This document shows positions 52,011-64,000 of a DNA stretch of 64,000 nucleotides, one piece after another. The position numbers and the translations under genes are program-made. Position 1 is the first letter of the stretch. Each line of letters starts with the position of its first letter. The notes under the pieces are model-generated. The model worked only from the letters and a program-made list of their open reading frames with translations, did no database searches and was not told where the DNA came from. Origin of the DNA: Lama glama (lineage: Eukaryota); NCBI GenBank assembly GCA_028534125.1, contig CM052845.1, forward strand, positions 8,370,001 through 8,434,000, written 5' to 3'.

Positions 52011-53134
52011 ATTCTTACCCAGTTAAGTTTACAATACATGGAAACTGACATTAAGGAGATTTCCATTTTTCCTGAGCCATCGAGAACTTTTCCAACGCTA
52101 TCATTTAAGCTTTCAAACTTAGTGACTGGTACAAACACATAAATTTGAAACTCCAAACATCGGTAGATTCTCCCTCACTTCTCACTCCCAGGAATTCACC
52201 CTTACAGCAGGCTGTTCCCTATCAGCACAGCACCAATCACAGTTTCTAATTATTTATTTGCTTGCTTGGCTGTTTGTCTCTCCTTCCCCACCCCTCCCCT
52301 ACTGGGTATTCTTTACCCAGTACTGGTTTAAGTGCTCCTGGGAATGGGATGGGGGTGGCGCCTGGAATTAAAAGATAAGGCTTCTGCTTTTAGCAAATTT
52401 AAAGTGGTGTTGTGGAGACAAGATAACTCCCGACAGCATAATCGCAGATCCTGGTTCAAATCTTAGAAAGCAAAGAAAATATTTGTTTTTCTGAAGAGAA
52501 AACCAGTAGTGATACTTGGATTAACATACTAAATTTTCTAGGGTGGAGGGGAAGTCTGAAGATTTTGATAAAGTGAGTTCATTGCTGTCACGATGTCATT
52601 TCTCTCTATGGGGAAAAAAAGTGTATCCCAGATGAAAATAAGCCAAGAGTCTATTAAAACTGCAATCGAAGTTCAGGAGCAGCAAGGGTACAGTTAATCT
52701 GGAAATTTAAATGGCCCTTTCCTCTTCCAGTTCCTCCCTCAGTTATATGAGGAGCCACGAGGGGGCAATGTCTTCCTGAGCAATGGCTGAGTAGTGGTCT
52801 TGGGCGCCTGTGCTGACCAGTGATGCCAGAACTTTACCCTCCTTGGCCATTCTTGCCTGTTCCTGAACACTCCACAGAAAGGCATTGTCTTGCTGGAGCA
52901 TGGCAGAGACCCAAGAAGAATGACAATTGACCTAGTCATTGATAGTCCCCGTCAGGCTCCACTTAAGAGTAGGTGGATCTTGTGTGATTCTAGGATTCTG
53001 GGAGAACCTCCCCTACCCCCATTCAAGGAAATGTGACTTAATCTAAAACATGGAACCCGATTCCTTTATCTTTAAGCCAAGTTGGCACCTTGTTTATTGT
53101 TACAAGTCAAAAACCTCTGGAATAAAAAAGTGAG

Positions 53135-53248
53135 AATAAGTTCCATGAGAGGATCCCTGTCTGGCTTGTTCACTCTTGTGTCCTCAACATCTGGACAGTG
53201 CCTATCACATAGTAAGCACTCAATAATTATTTTCAAATGAATGAACAC
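53135..53248 (+). mobile_element. L2 3' end
   Basis: 'cttgttcact...acagtgcct...cacatagtaagcactcaataa...aatgaatgaa'. Confidence 0.85.
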
Positions 53249-54354
53249 ATTCTTACCAGGTGTTGGTTGTAGGGCCTGGATGATAGTAAGACATCCTTCC
53301 AAGATCTTGCACGAAGGACTGAATTAGTGGAGGAATCTTGGCATGGAGAGCATCACAAGGACACTGGGCAGATTCCTGGTAATCATTATTTTGCTAGGGG
53401 AGACCCTAGATAGAGACCTTGTGCAGAATGGAACAACTGGTGAGGTTTCAAAAAATAAAAAGTAAAATCAGACCACTCAGCCAGTCAACTGACAGACACA
53501 TCAGGCAGCTGACACTAAAGCAGGGAGATCTAGAACATACAGTCAGTGGCGAGTGTGAAATCCAGGGTGTTTTCAGAAGTGTATGAGGACGGGGTAATAC
53601 TGTCCTTTCTATGAAAATGGTTTAGAAGACTTTATTGGAGGAACAATAGAGTAATGTTGCCAACAAAACTGACAGAAAATCTGTAAAAAGACTAGGTATT
53701 TATAAAATTTTGTGAGTGAGGCAAAAGAGTTGTCTGGGGGATATACATTCATTCAGGAAATAAATGATCTTTATGACCTGTTTACTACTTCAAAGAAAAA
53801 AGTTTCAAAATGAGATCTCAGTAGCAGTAGTTTCCAGACAAACAAAGAGTTCTAAGACAACAAAAGGATTTCATATCCTAAAAAAAAAAGAAGTCTAGTG
53901 ACCAGGAGACATCTGCTTTTTCCCCTGCCCACCACCTCATTGCTTCTGCAAGGTTATATGCTAGATTGAAAGGGAAATGCTGTATGCACCTGTAGTTTTC
54001 ATTACCCATCTCTGTTTCTCTGGCAGGGTTCATTTTGAAGCTTGCTTTATGAAATCCAAACCTATAATTATGTCTTAAATGTTTGTCTCTGGGAATTGCA
54101 GACATTAAAGGTCTATTTTGAGGCAATTTGCGTGGCATGGGCTTGATAACTCTGTTAGCATTGAGGCAGAAAGCTGCAGTGTCTACCACGTGTGTTGTGA
54201 CTGTCTGTTAACTCTTCTGCAGCCTCTGCTGGACTGGAAATGTTTTTGAAGCCAGAGGGGGTGTTTGGTTGGTTTTTGTCATTCTTAACACTTCTCTCTC
54301 CCTCACTCACTCCCATCCACCTCCAGGCCCACACCACCTTCCCCTGACTGTATT

Positions 54355-54465
54355 AATTAATTTTTAATTGTGGCTAAAACACACACACAACATAGTATTT
54401 ACTGTCTTGACCACTTTTAAGTACGATTTAATGGTGTGAAATATATTCACATCATTGTGCAACAT
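54355..54465 (-). mobile_element. L1 3' terminal fragment
   Basis: 'taattgtggctaaaacac...cttgaccacttttaagtac...attcacatcattgtgcaac'. Confidence 0.75.
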
Positions 54466-55391
54466 CCTGATTTTTACCTCCTAAATAGTTCTGAGATTCA
54501 ATCACTTCCCTCCAACATTTGTGGAAGCCCACGCAGCCACATGGAGAGGCCCATGTGGAAGAGAATTAGGTCTCCGGCTTATAACCCGAGCTGCTCGCTC
54601 AGCAGACAGCTGGTACCAATTGCCAGCTTATAAGTGGGTAATCTTGGAAGTGGATACTCCAGCCCTCGTTGATTTGCCCCAGCTAACCACACATGGGAGG
54701 GTGATGAGCTTTCTTCACTGAGTTGTGCCTGAATTGCAAAACTATTAGCAAAAAAGTGAATGCTGTCATTTAAAAACACTAAGTTTTAGGGTGGTTTGTT
54801 ATACAGCAATAAATAACTGAAACATAACTGCATATCTAGAAAATGGGATTCTGCTGTCACAGAAATTTAAAACATGTGGCAGTTGCTTTGGGATCAGGTG
54901 GAAGCTGGAAGCTGGAAGGACTCTGAGGAGTCTGCTAATGAAGAGCATTATTAAAGGACAGTGAGAGTATTGTTACTGCAGGAAGGAGAAAGGGGAACCC
55001 CGTTTACATACTGGAAAAACAATTAGCCAAACCAGCTTGTTGTTACATGAAAGATAGACAAGATACCTAATGAACATGTGGATCTGGCTAGATCTGGGTG
55101 GAATATTAAAAGGCTTGGTTGGTTTCTTTCAGATGCTTGTGATATAGTACAAGAGAAATGAGATGAGCTAAAGAAAACAGGAACTGTTCCATTTTCAGTC
55201 ACAATCAAGAGGAAACCTAAAGAAGCCAGGAACTGCTGGATTTAAAATAAAACATTCTTTCATTCCTAGCTTCTCCAGAAGATAAAACTCTCAAAATGAA
55301 AAATAGCCCAGAGTAAAGGTCAAATCCAAGGTGCTACTAGGAAAACATGGCCTTAGGTAAAGTTCAGGACAAAGGTATAGCTGGAAGACCC

Positions 55392-56293
55392 TGTGGTAGG
55401 CAGCCTCCACAGAGATCCCTACCTACTGGTATTCAAGCCCCTTGAGTGTGGGCTGGACATAGTGACTTGCTTTTAATGAATAGGTATAATTTCTGAGGTT
55501 AGATTACAAAGAGACCATGACTCGCATTTTATACACCCTCTCTTGCGCTCTCCCTTGCTGCCTTTAATGGAAGCCAACTGCTAGGAAGTGAGCTGTCTGA
55601 TGGAGAGGCACATGTGGCAAGGAATGGTGGAGGCCTCCATCCAAGAGCAAGGAACTGGGGTTTTCAGTCCAACAACCCACTAGGAGCTGAATCCTGTCAA
55701 CAACTATATGAGTAAGCTTGGAAGCAGATCTTCCCAAAGTGCAGTCTTAGATGAGCTCTGTTATGGACTGAATGCTTATATCCTCCCCAAATTCATATTA
55801 TGAAGCCCTAATCCCCAATGTGTTGTTGGTATTAGGACGTGCAGCCTTGAAGAAGTAATTTGGTTTAGATGAGGTCATAAAGGTGGAGCCTCCAAGATGA
55901 GATTAGTGCCCTTGTAAGAAGAGACACCAGAGCTTCTGCTCTCTCTGCCATGTGAGGAGGCAGTGAGTAAATGGCTGTCTGCAAGTCAGGAAAGGGCCCT
56001 CACCAAGAACCAAACTGGCTGGCACCTTGATCTTGGACTTCCCAGCCTCCAAAACTGTGAGAAAAAATACATCTCTTGTTTAAGTCACCAATCTATGAAA
56101 TCTTGTTATGGTTGACAAGATCATAACTCTGGATGGTATCTTGGTTAATAACCTTTGAGAGACCTTATGGCCAAGGGACCCAGCTAAGCAGGGCCTGGAT
56201 TCTTATCCAACAGAAACTGTGAGATAATAACACTGTTGTTTTAAGCCACTAAGTGTTGGGGTGACTTGTTATGCAGTACTAGATATGCTAATA
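55392..56293 (+). mobile_element. MLT1F-type solo LTR (nested, split by an MLT1A-type LTR)
   Basis: 'tgtggtaggcagcctc...ccccttgagtgtgggctggac...cagaaactgtgagataataa...ttttaagccactaag'. Confidence 0.8.
55759..56120 (+). mobile_element. MLT1A/A0-type solo LTR
   Basis: 'tgttatggactgaatg...ccccaaattcata...ggcaccttgatcttggacttcccagcctcca'. Confidence 0.88.
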
Positions 56294-56483
56294 TCTCAGC
56301 AAAGTTTAAGGTGGTACTTCTACCTTAACTGGACAGCAGGGCTTCTGAGGATCTAAATGATGTCCCACAACAGTGTCACACTGGCCCAAGGTAGAGAAGG
56401 GCCTGTCCTGATAAGAAATATGAGGACAGCCTTTGCCTAAGAGAGATGATTATAACATTAAGTATAAAAAGCCTATGGCTTTT

Positions 56484-57176
56484 ATTATGGAAATTCCTTA
56501 AAAAACTGAAAATAGACATATCCTGTGATCCAGTAATCCCATTCCTGGGCATATATCCAGAGGGAACTCTAATTTGAAAAGATACNNNNNNNNNNNNNNN
56601 NNNNNNNNNNNNNNNNNNNNNNNNNNNNNNNNNNNNNNNNNNNNNNNNNNNNNNNNNNNNNNNNNNNNNNNNNNNNNNNNNNNNNNNNNNNNNNNNNNNN
56701 NNNNNNNNNNNNNNNNNNNNNNNNNNNNNNNNNNNNNNNNNNNNNNNNNNNNNNNNNNNNNNNNNNNNNNNNNNNNNNNNNNNNNNNNNNNNNNNNNNNA
56801 TAAGGCAGAAAAAGGGAGAAAAAAGATATATGATATCACTTATATGTAGAATCTTTAAAAAATGACACGAACTCATTTACAAAACAGAGACAGACTCATA
56901 GACACAGAAAACAAATTTATTTTAAAAAAAAGAAATTTATGATTAATGTGGGGTGGGGAGGGGTAAATTGGAAGTTCAGGATTTGCAGATACTAACTACT
57001 ATATATAAAATAAACAAGGTCCTACTGTATAGCACAGGGAACTATATTCAGTACCTTATAATGATCTATAATGAAGACATGAAAAGGAATATATATGTAT
57101 AAATGAATAACTATGCTGTACACCAGAAATTAACATAACATGGTAAATCAACTATACTTCAAATAAAAAAAAAAAA
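56484..57176 (+). mobile_element. 5'-truncated L1 3' end with polyA and TSD
   Basis: 'atccagtaatcccattcctgggcatatatccagag' and 'ctactgtatagcacagggaactatattca', a polyA tail, and TSD AAAAAGCCTATGGCTTTT / AAAAACCTATGCCTTTT. Confidence 0.9.
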
Positions 57177-57674
57177 CCTATGCCTTTTTAAGGATCTCTA
57201 CTAGCTTTCACTGAAAATAGGCAGAGACTATTCATAATGAAAAGAGGCCTCTGGACCTTCAATGTTACAGGCAGGAAGCGGGCTGAGGAAGCTACCCATT
57301 TGCAATTATGAGCTGTTTCCAAAAGAGAAGATAACTCCAGATGGATGAAAGAACCACTGAAAATTATTCCTAAAGAGCAGGAGTGGGCATAATTAAGGAA
57401 CTGATATCATTTGACAAGCTGGGTTTCAGAATTGCTACAGACCAGTTTCCGGGTTCCTCTCATATTCTCTCCTTTTTGAACGGGTGTATCTATTATAGGT
57501 TTTCTGTCTCCACTTTACCATTAGATGTTGGCTATGTGAGAGAGAGATATTTTGTCTCTGTCATCCCTGGTCTTCAGGTCAAGAGGAACCATGTCTGAGG
57601 AGCCATGGTCAGGGAACCACACCCAAGGAGCCAGATCTGCGCTCGGACCTGACTTAGATGCTGATACCTTAGAC

Positions 57675-57868
57675 CACGGCTGGCAGACTTTTTCTATATA
57701 GGGCCAGACAGTAAATATTTTAGGCTTTGCAGGTCACATGTGTGATCCCTGTCACATATTATTATTCTTATATTTGTAAAAATATAAAAACCATTCTTAT
57801 CTAAGGGCCTGTACAAAAATAGCCCACAGGTCAAAGTTGGCCCTCAGTCTGTGATTTGTTCATCTCTG
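57675..57868. mobile_element. MER58-family (MER58C-like) hAT element
   Basis: 'ggcagactttttctatatagggccagacagtaaatattttaggctttgc...aaaaccattctta', with degenerate 8-bp TSD CCTTAGAC / TCCTAAAC. Confidence 0.85.
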
Positions 57869-58959
57869 TCCTAAACTATGAACTGATGTATAAAGGGCTG
57901 AGATATTTGGATATCTTAGAGTAGGAGATAAGTGAGTTTTTCATATGGGAGGGAAATGTATTATGGCCATCGGTGGATGGTGGTTGCTAGTCTTCATACA
58001 CAGCCCCCAAATAACTTCACTTTTTGGTACGTGCAAACCACTCCTGCCATCGAGAGCCGGAGCTTATGTGCCCTGCCTTTGAATCTGATCAAGCTGGGCC
58101 TGTTTCTGCTTTGACCAACAGAATGCAGAGGAAATGACATTCTGGGAAATCTGAGCCCAGGCATTAAAAATTTCTGGCAGTTTCTGTTTCCTTCCTTTTG
58201 GAACCCAGCTTCTACGTAATGGGAAAGCCCAAGCAGTCACCTGGAGAGGCCCACATGGAGGAAATTCAGGCCCTAGCCATGCTCGTCCAACCCTCACAGC
58301 TTCATCTGGGTTCCCTGCAACAGCCAGCGCCAGCAGCCAGCCTTCCGCGTGAGGCAGATACTCTACAGAGCTGCCCCAGCTGACACCGCATGGAACAGAG
58401 ACAAGCTATCTTTTCAGAATACTGCCCAGATAAATGATTATCATTCTAAGCCACTAGGTTTTGGGGTGGTTACTTAAGTATAATATATAATGAAAACACT
58501 GGGGGAGGGAACAGTGGAAGCAAGGCTCTGGAAACCAGGAAGCACTGGGCATTTTTAAGGATTAGCCAGTGTGGTAACCCTTGACCCAAGAGTTAGATCT
58601 ATAAAACAACAAAAATCACCAAAAGCCATTTCTGGCACGTTTTTTCCTTCTAAAAGGCAGTAAAGTGGAATTGAAGGATATCTGTGGTCCCTTCAGAACC
58701 TTCATAAAAACTTCTGAATACATGATGATAAGTAAAAAACAACGAAGCCAGACTGAGGTGTGGCTGTGGGGCAGTTGGCAAGCACCCTCATGATTAAGTG
58801 ACTTTTCCTGTCTCCGACTTTATAGCTGTGATTTGAATTTGCGCTTCGGGAAAATAATAAATTAGCAACTGTCTCTGGAATTTTAGAGACTCACTTATAA
58901 ACAATCAAATGCTAACTTAAACATTTGTAAATGTCTACTGTACTCTAATTTGTCTAGAA

Positions 58960-59560
58960 TGTAGAAAATCTGTATGTGAGCATTAGGAGATAAGGCTGAA
59001 GATTTAGTTCTTTTAGTGCTTAATAAGAACTGCCCTTTAGAAAGAAATCTTCAGTGGTTTGTAAAGTAGGTTTGAGTGAGGCAAGATGGGAGATGGGAGA
59101 CACGGATGCTGAGTGGTCCATGGACAGGCAGTGAAAAAAGGATGGAAATGAAAGCCATTTCCAAGGGGTAAGCTACATGATTTGATAAATGATTGAAGGG
59201 AGGGGTAAGGGAGAATGACGCATCTGACCTAAGAGCCAGGTTTCAAAGCTTCAAGGATTTGATGGTGCCAACTCCAAAAAAAAGCAGATATCCAGAGGAG
59301 AAGACCCGGTTGCATGGATAGATGAGTTCAGCATCAGGCTTACGAGGTTAGCCATTGTTGGGATCATGCTGATAGTTGGAAAATGGGTCTGTAGCCCATA
59401 AGAGATAGGAGATAATACATATATTTGGGTGCCATCTGAACTGAAATCATAAGTGAGCTTAAAAAATCAGAGGTGGAAGGATAAAATCTTAGGAAATTCT
59501 GTGCTTAGACAGGACAAGTAGAAAGACTAGCCAGAAAAGAGGCCACCAAGCAGTCAAATG
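58960..59560 (-). mobile_element. L2 fragment
   Basis: Purine-rich L2 pattern 'gatggtgcca...gatgagttcag'. Confidence 0.55.
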
Positions 59561-60639
59561 TAAAAGGAGAACAAGCACACTAATTAAAATAATAGCAGCC
59601 AACAGCACTGACCAGAGAACCGTGCTACGAACTTTACGTGGATTGTTACATTTCATTGTTTGAAGATGGTGGGTTAAACATACACGTTTCCGTCCACTCT
59701 GTTCAAAAGCCTCCAAGAAAAACACGGAAAAGATTTGATGCTGTTGTCATTATTATTTTAGGACATAAATTAACAAGGTTAAAGAGAATGAAAGAAAACA
59801 ACAGTAATAAAATTAGGGGAGCTGAGAATACTAAATCCTAAGCCTGATGAGAAACAACTGAGAAGAAGCTCACGCTGAAAAATCTCCAAAAGCCTTGACA
59901 GCAGTTGGCACCTCAGAAGTGCCAGTGAAAATGGGTCTCTAACTGGGAGGACTGATCGAAAAGAAAAGTGGTTTGTACCCAGATTCCTCTCTGCTTTTTT
60001 GCACATTTTATTGTTAATGTAACATTAAAAATTTTTCTTCTTTTTAGGAATATTCAGCAGGAAAAAGAAAAGGAGGCTTTTTTCCCCCATTTTTATCAGT
60101 TTTTTTTCTTCCTATGAAAAAAGCCTCATCAAACCTGCTTAAGTATAAAATAAATATATACATTTTTTAAGAGGCAAAAAAATGACTGCTTAGGTAAGAT
60201 AAACATCAGTGGCTGAAAATTGCAAACCTAGATCTTGTGTGTGAGTATGTGTGTGTATGCAAATTTAGGGTCCCAGTAATCTTAAGCTTTGCTATAATTT
60301 TCACCCTAAGTGACTCACTTTAAAATTTATGAATGACTAATCTTTGTAAATATAAAGTAGATATATTCTGAGACTGAAAAGTTTCAAAACTAGTGGCTGG
60401 ATATATTCTTCTTAGTCTAATATGTTTTTGAACAGTTTGTTTCAACCAATTTATTTAATTGGTTTAATTAGTTTATATTTTCAAAATCAATTTTAACATG
60501 TATTTAAAATGGCATAATTATATACTAATACTCTATATCTCCTTTTTCAATTAAATACATATTATGACCATTTAGACATATCAAGACACCTTGGTTTTTC
60601 CTGTCTCATCTTTTTTAAAGCTTTGAAGAATGCCACTAT

Positions 60640-61060
60640 GTGTGCACAACTTCTAGATAAATGAACATTTAAATTGTTTACAGTTTTTAATATTAATCAT
60701 TGCTATGATGAACATCCATGTACAAATGTCTTTGTACATTGTCTGATTATTTTCTTAGGATACATTCTAAAGAAATTGCTTGGTTAGATGGTAGGCACAT
60801 TTGAAATGTTGATATTTATGGCTAGAAAGTTTATACAATTTACACTCACTCCTACAGTGTGTATGAGATGGTCCAGTTCATTACCACATTCCCAACATTG
60901 AAGAGATCTCTTTTCATTTTGCCAATCTGTTGGTGAAAAATATTATTTTTTTCATTTGCATTTCTTGATTGTTACAGGGCTGACCATCTTTTCATTTATT
61001 TGTAACCATTTGGAAACTGTCTATCATGTCTGTGCATTTTTCTAGTGAGGTGTTTGCCTT
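60640..61060 (-). mobile_element. Ancient L1ME-type fragment
   Basis: 'gctatgatgaacatccatgtaca...ttttcttaggatacattcta...ttttgccaatctg...tttgcatttctt'. Confidence 0.8.
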
Positions 61061-61592
61061 TTCCTAATCCATCTTTGAAATTGCTGTGCTTCCAATATCC
61101 TACAACTCCTTCATGTGTTCCACAGGTATGACTGTTAGGTACCACCTAGGTTCTTAGGTGCAATAATGAACAAGAAGACACAAGCCTGACTGGCACGGGC
61201 TAGACAAAGTATTAGTTAAGCAGTTACAACAAAGTAGAAAATGTGCTGTAACTATGGAAATTCACATCTCTAGGGACTTCATAGATGTGACAAATACATA
61301 CTCTGGGTTGTAGGTAGTGGCTTCTAGGAGGATGTGATATTTCACTGAGTCCTAAAGGATGAGCAGTCGAGGTCAGACAGAGCCGGAGTGATAGAAATGG
61401 GGAGGTTCCAGCTACAAACTAGCCTGAAGAAAAGCGAGGGGACTTTTGGCTACAGAGTTGAAAAAAACTGAAGAATGAAAAAAGCAGTCAGAGATTAGCC
61501 TAGAGAGGTAAAGGGGGCCAGATTATTAAGAGTTTAAGACCTTTATAAGTTATAGAAAGTAATTTTGACTTTATCCTAAGGCAGTAATAAAC

Positions 61593-62050
61593 TGTATTCA
61601 TTAGAATGTTTTCAGCTGCAAGTAGCAACAACAAAAAATTTGATGGAAAGTGACTTAAACAAGAAGAACTTTTAAAAATTTCATATAATTAGAAATATAG
61701 TCCCTGGATTGGTGCATCTTTTCACTCTTCCATTCCTAAATGCATGTAGTACCTCTTCTTCGGGTCCCGTGATATCTTCCTTTATAGTCCCAAAATAGCT
61801 GCAACAATTCCAAGCATCACATTCTCACACAGTTATATTCAGTGGTGTGGAAAAGGTAGGCAGAGTCTGTGTTAATAGGGAGGAAAGTCTTCCCCATCTC
61901 TCATTGGCCAGAACATGGGAACCCCTAGCTGCACTGAACACTGGGAAAGCAAGTATCTGGCATTTTCTCCCTTTATGATGGAAAGTGGCTTCTATCTGCC
62001 AGGAAGAAGGGGAAGGGTAAGAGCTCTTGGGTAGGAAACCAGCCGTGTTG
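61593..62050 (-). mobile_element. Old MLT1(J/K/L)-type LTR inserted after an L2 fragment
   Basis: 'tttcagctgcaagtagca...gacttaaacaa...tctcattggccagaac...ccctagctgca...ctgggaaagcaagtatctggc'. Confidence 0.7.
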
Positions 62051-62529
62051 TTCTCAGCATCTCAGATTTACATTTGGTTCCCTGTTCCTCCAGGTCTTCT
62101 TGCTTCTTTCACTTTACTATCCATTGCCTCCATCCTCTGCTCTCAACCACCACTTTTCCATCTAGTTCCCCCACTTTTTTCCAAGCATATTAAGCCCATT
62201 CTCTACGACATCTCTAATCATTCATGATACTGTTTGATTTAATTCTAGTCTAATTATCTAAGACAATTATATCTGTAGCATTTGATGTGAATTCTTCGGA
62301 AAGTGCCTTTGTTGATTAAAAAAAATGTTCTAAAACAACTAATATTTGATGTTTCAAGTACGCTCAGGGATGCCTGGTATTGCCACTGGTATGTTAACCA
62401 AAACTCACTTAATTGCCATAATTAATACGAGAAAATGATACATTCACTTAGATTGTGTGCCTGGCACATAGTTCATTAATATTTGTAGAATGAATAGCTT
62501 TTAAATAAATAAGACTCTCTAATTCGTGT

Positions 62530-62690
62530 CTTTTTTAAAAAATATTTTTATTTATTTTTATACAGTTTTATAGGTTGCTTTCCACTTACACTTATTACAA
62601 AGTAGTGGCTATGTTCCCCGTGTTGTACAACACATCATCGAGCCTCACACCCAGTAGTTTGTTCCTCCCAATCCCCCATGTCTTTACTTC
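62530..62690 (-). mobile_element. L1 3' terminal fragment
   Basis: T-rich start followed by 'ggctatgttccccgtgttgtacaa...gtagtttgt'. Confidence 0.7.
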
Positions 62691-63464
62691 ACCACCTTCA
62701 AAAAAAGAGAGAGAACAAGCATATGAATTTTGCTGGAACATTCACTGACTTTTTTATTGAAAAAAATATATATTCCTTTGTTCATTGACTTTAAGACTAA
62801 ACAGTGACACAATCCCAACTGACCCTTCCATTTTATCTACTTACGCCATATTTAAAACATGTGAAAAATACTGTAGGCAGACTTGGATAAAAGAGTCTTT
62901 TTTTTTTTTTCAGCCATGATGTATATCCACTGAATTGTCTTTCAAGTTTGATGCCACATCAGTTAAGCATTCTAGAAAATGTTTTTTTGAAAAGCATGAT
63001 TTGTTCTGAAACTGTCTGGAACTTGTGTTATGAGCGCTGATCTTGATTTCTGGCTGACCAGAGATAATCCGACTTGCTGTCACAGATTCTGGGCTATAAC
63101 CTATAAACTGGTCTGATTCAACAACTTTTGTCTGCATTTTGAATGTTCAGTTGAACTACATGGCAGCCAGTCAAGAAACCTGGAGGAGTGTCATGAGGAG
63201 ATTTTGGGAGAAGCTTTATGGTTTAGCTAATATAGTATAAACACTAACAAACATTTTAAGCACCCATTGATACTTCCAGTACATGTTAGATGTTTAGAAA
63301 ATGAGTTCCAAATGAGGACTTCATACCAGCTATTATTGAATGAATGAGCTTTTTGAGCGACACATCATAAGATATGAACAATAGTCTGAGATCGCAGAGT
63401 TACTGCTTTCTGCTGATGTGTGACTCCCTTGAGTGGGCCTGGTACCGTGAAAACTGCAGCAAAT

Positions 63465-63645
63465 TTAGAGACGGTGGAATTCAGAGATCTATGTTGAGCC
63501 CAAGCCCTGCGGCTTATAAGTATCAGCTTCAGGAAAGGTGCTTCATTTTGTTTAGATGTGGTCTCCTTATTTGTAAAACTGGACCAGTGATAAAGGTCAC
63601 CTGCTCAGAGCTGCTGTCAAGACCATATGAAAGAGCCCATATATT
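63465..63645 (+). mobile_element. MIR SINE
   Basis: 'tccttatttgtaaaact' core with a degenerate 5' region. Confidence 0.55.
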
Positions 63646-64000
63646 CATTTCAACAGAAATACGAACATAAGTTAGTACATCTGTTGCAAGTCCATAAGCT
63701 CCTTGATTGATGTGCTTGTACATGAACACATGAAATAAATTTGCCATAAGCAAGCTCTGTACAATATACAACACGATGCTGTGCACTGCTGAAACAGAGC
63801 CTGCTTTTCTGGAGATCAACTCGGCTTAAGGCACCGTGTGCTTCTTCCATCTTTATGACGAAATGCAGACTTCCCATTAAAAGGTGTATCCTTTATTTGA
63901 AAAGCTTGATTAGTAATGATTCTTTAAAAAAAATTCTAGATGGTTAAATTTAGGCCTGAAGCCCATTCTGAGAATACCCTCTGGCTCTGGGCCCACAGTA

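Larger units (their letters stand above)
54510..58498 (+). mobile_element. MLT1G/H-type MaLR provirus (LTR-internal-LTR) with nested insertions
   Basis: Related LTRs at ~54510-54825 and ~57970-58498 share 'ggagaggccca...tgccccagct...ctaa/ggttttRgggtggtt...gaaaca'. MLT-internal-like sequence lies between them. Confidence 0.75.

Noticed and set aside
58605-58630. AACAACAAAAATCACC resembling a miR-7 3'-pairing site
   Set aside because: Lacks the GTCTTCC seed match, so likely chance.
59281-59300. AAAGCAGATATCCAGAGG resembling pieces of RBPMS exon 2 antisense
   Set aside because: Short discontinuous match, upstream of exon 1, inside an L2-like region, with no splice sites.
1-64000. CRISPR array, prokaryotic operon or endogenous viral ORF
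   Set aside because: No regularly spaced repeats, no gene-dense segment and no viral protein motifs. The content is mammalian intronic and intergenic DNA.

Overview
This is mammalian genomic DNA, most likely camelid, judged from a Vic-1-type tRNA-derived SINE at ~31.6 kb and a young L1 3' end at ~2.9-3.7 kb. The only recognisable coding sequence is the first coding exon of RBPMS (MNNGGKAEKENTPNEANLQEEE, minus strand, 50347-50282), inside a ~2 kb CpG island. RBPMS exon 2 was not found, so 1-50281 is nominally the long intron 1. The region 51.6-64 kb is upstream intergenic DNA containing a nested MaLR provirus. Most of the rest is ancient repeats (MIR, L2, L1M, MER DNA transposons, MLT1). Five of the six N-runs lie inside L1 3' ends. 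The observations most worth following up are: (1) two ~89-nt hairpin paralogues (2795-2883, 4405-4492) with a compensatory base-pair change; (2) a second, housekeeping-type YY1/ETS CpG promoter at ~10.2 kb, 40 kb into the intron, with splice signals in both directions, which is either a nested transcription unit or an assembly join; (3) a candidate 129-nt poison exon (13012-13140); (4) a TEAD/MEF2/CArG/GATA/NKX muscle-type motif cluster at 30.8-31.35 kb. Repeat subfamily names come from remembered consensus sequences and boundaries are approximate. No prokaryotic, CRISPR or viral system is evident.
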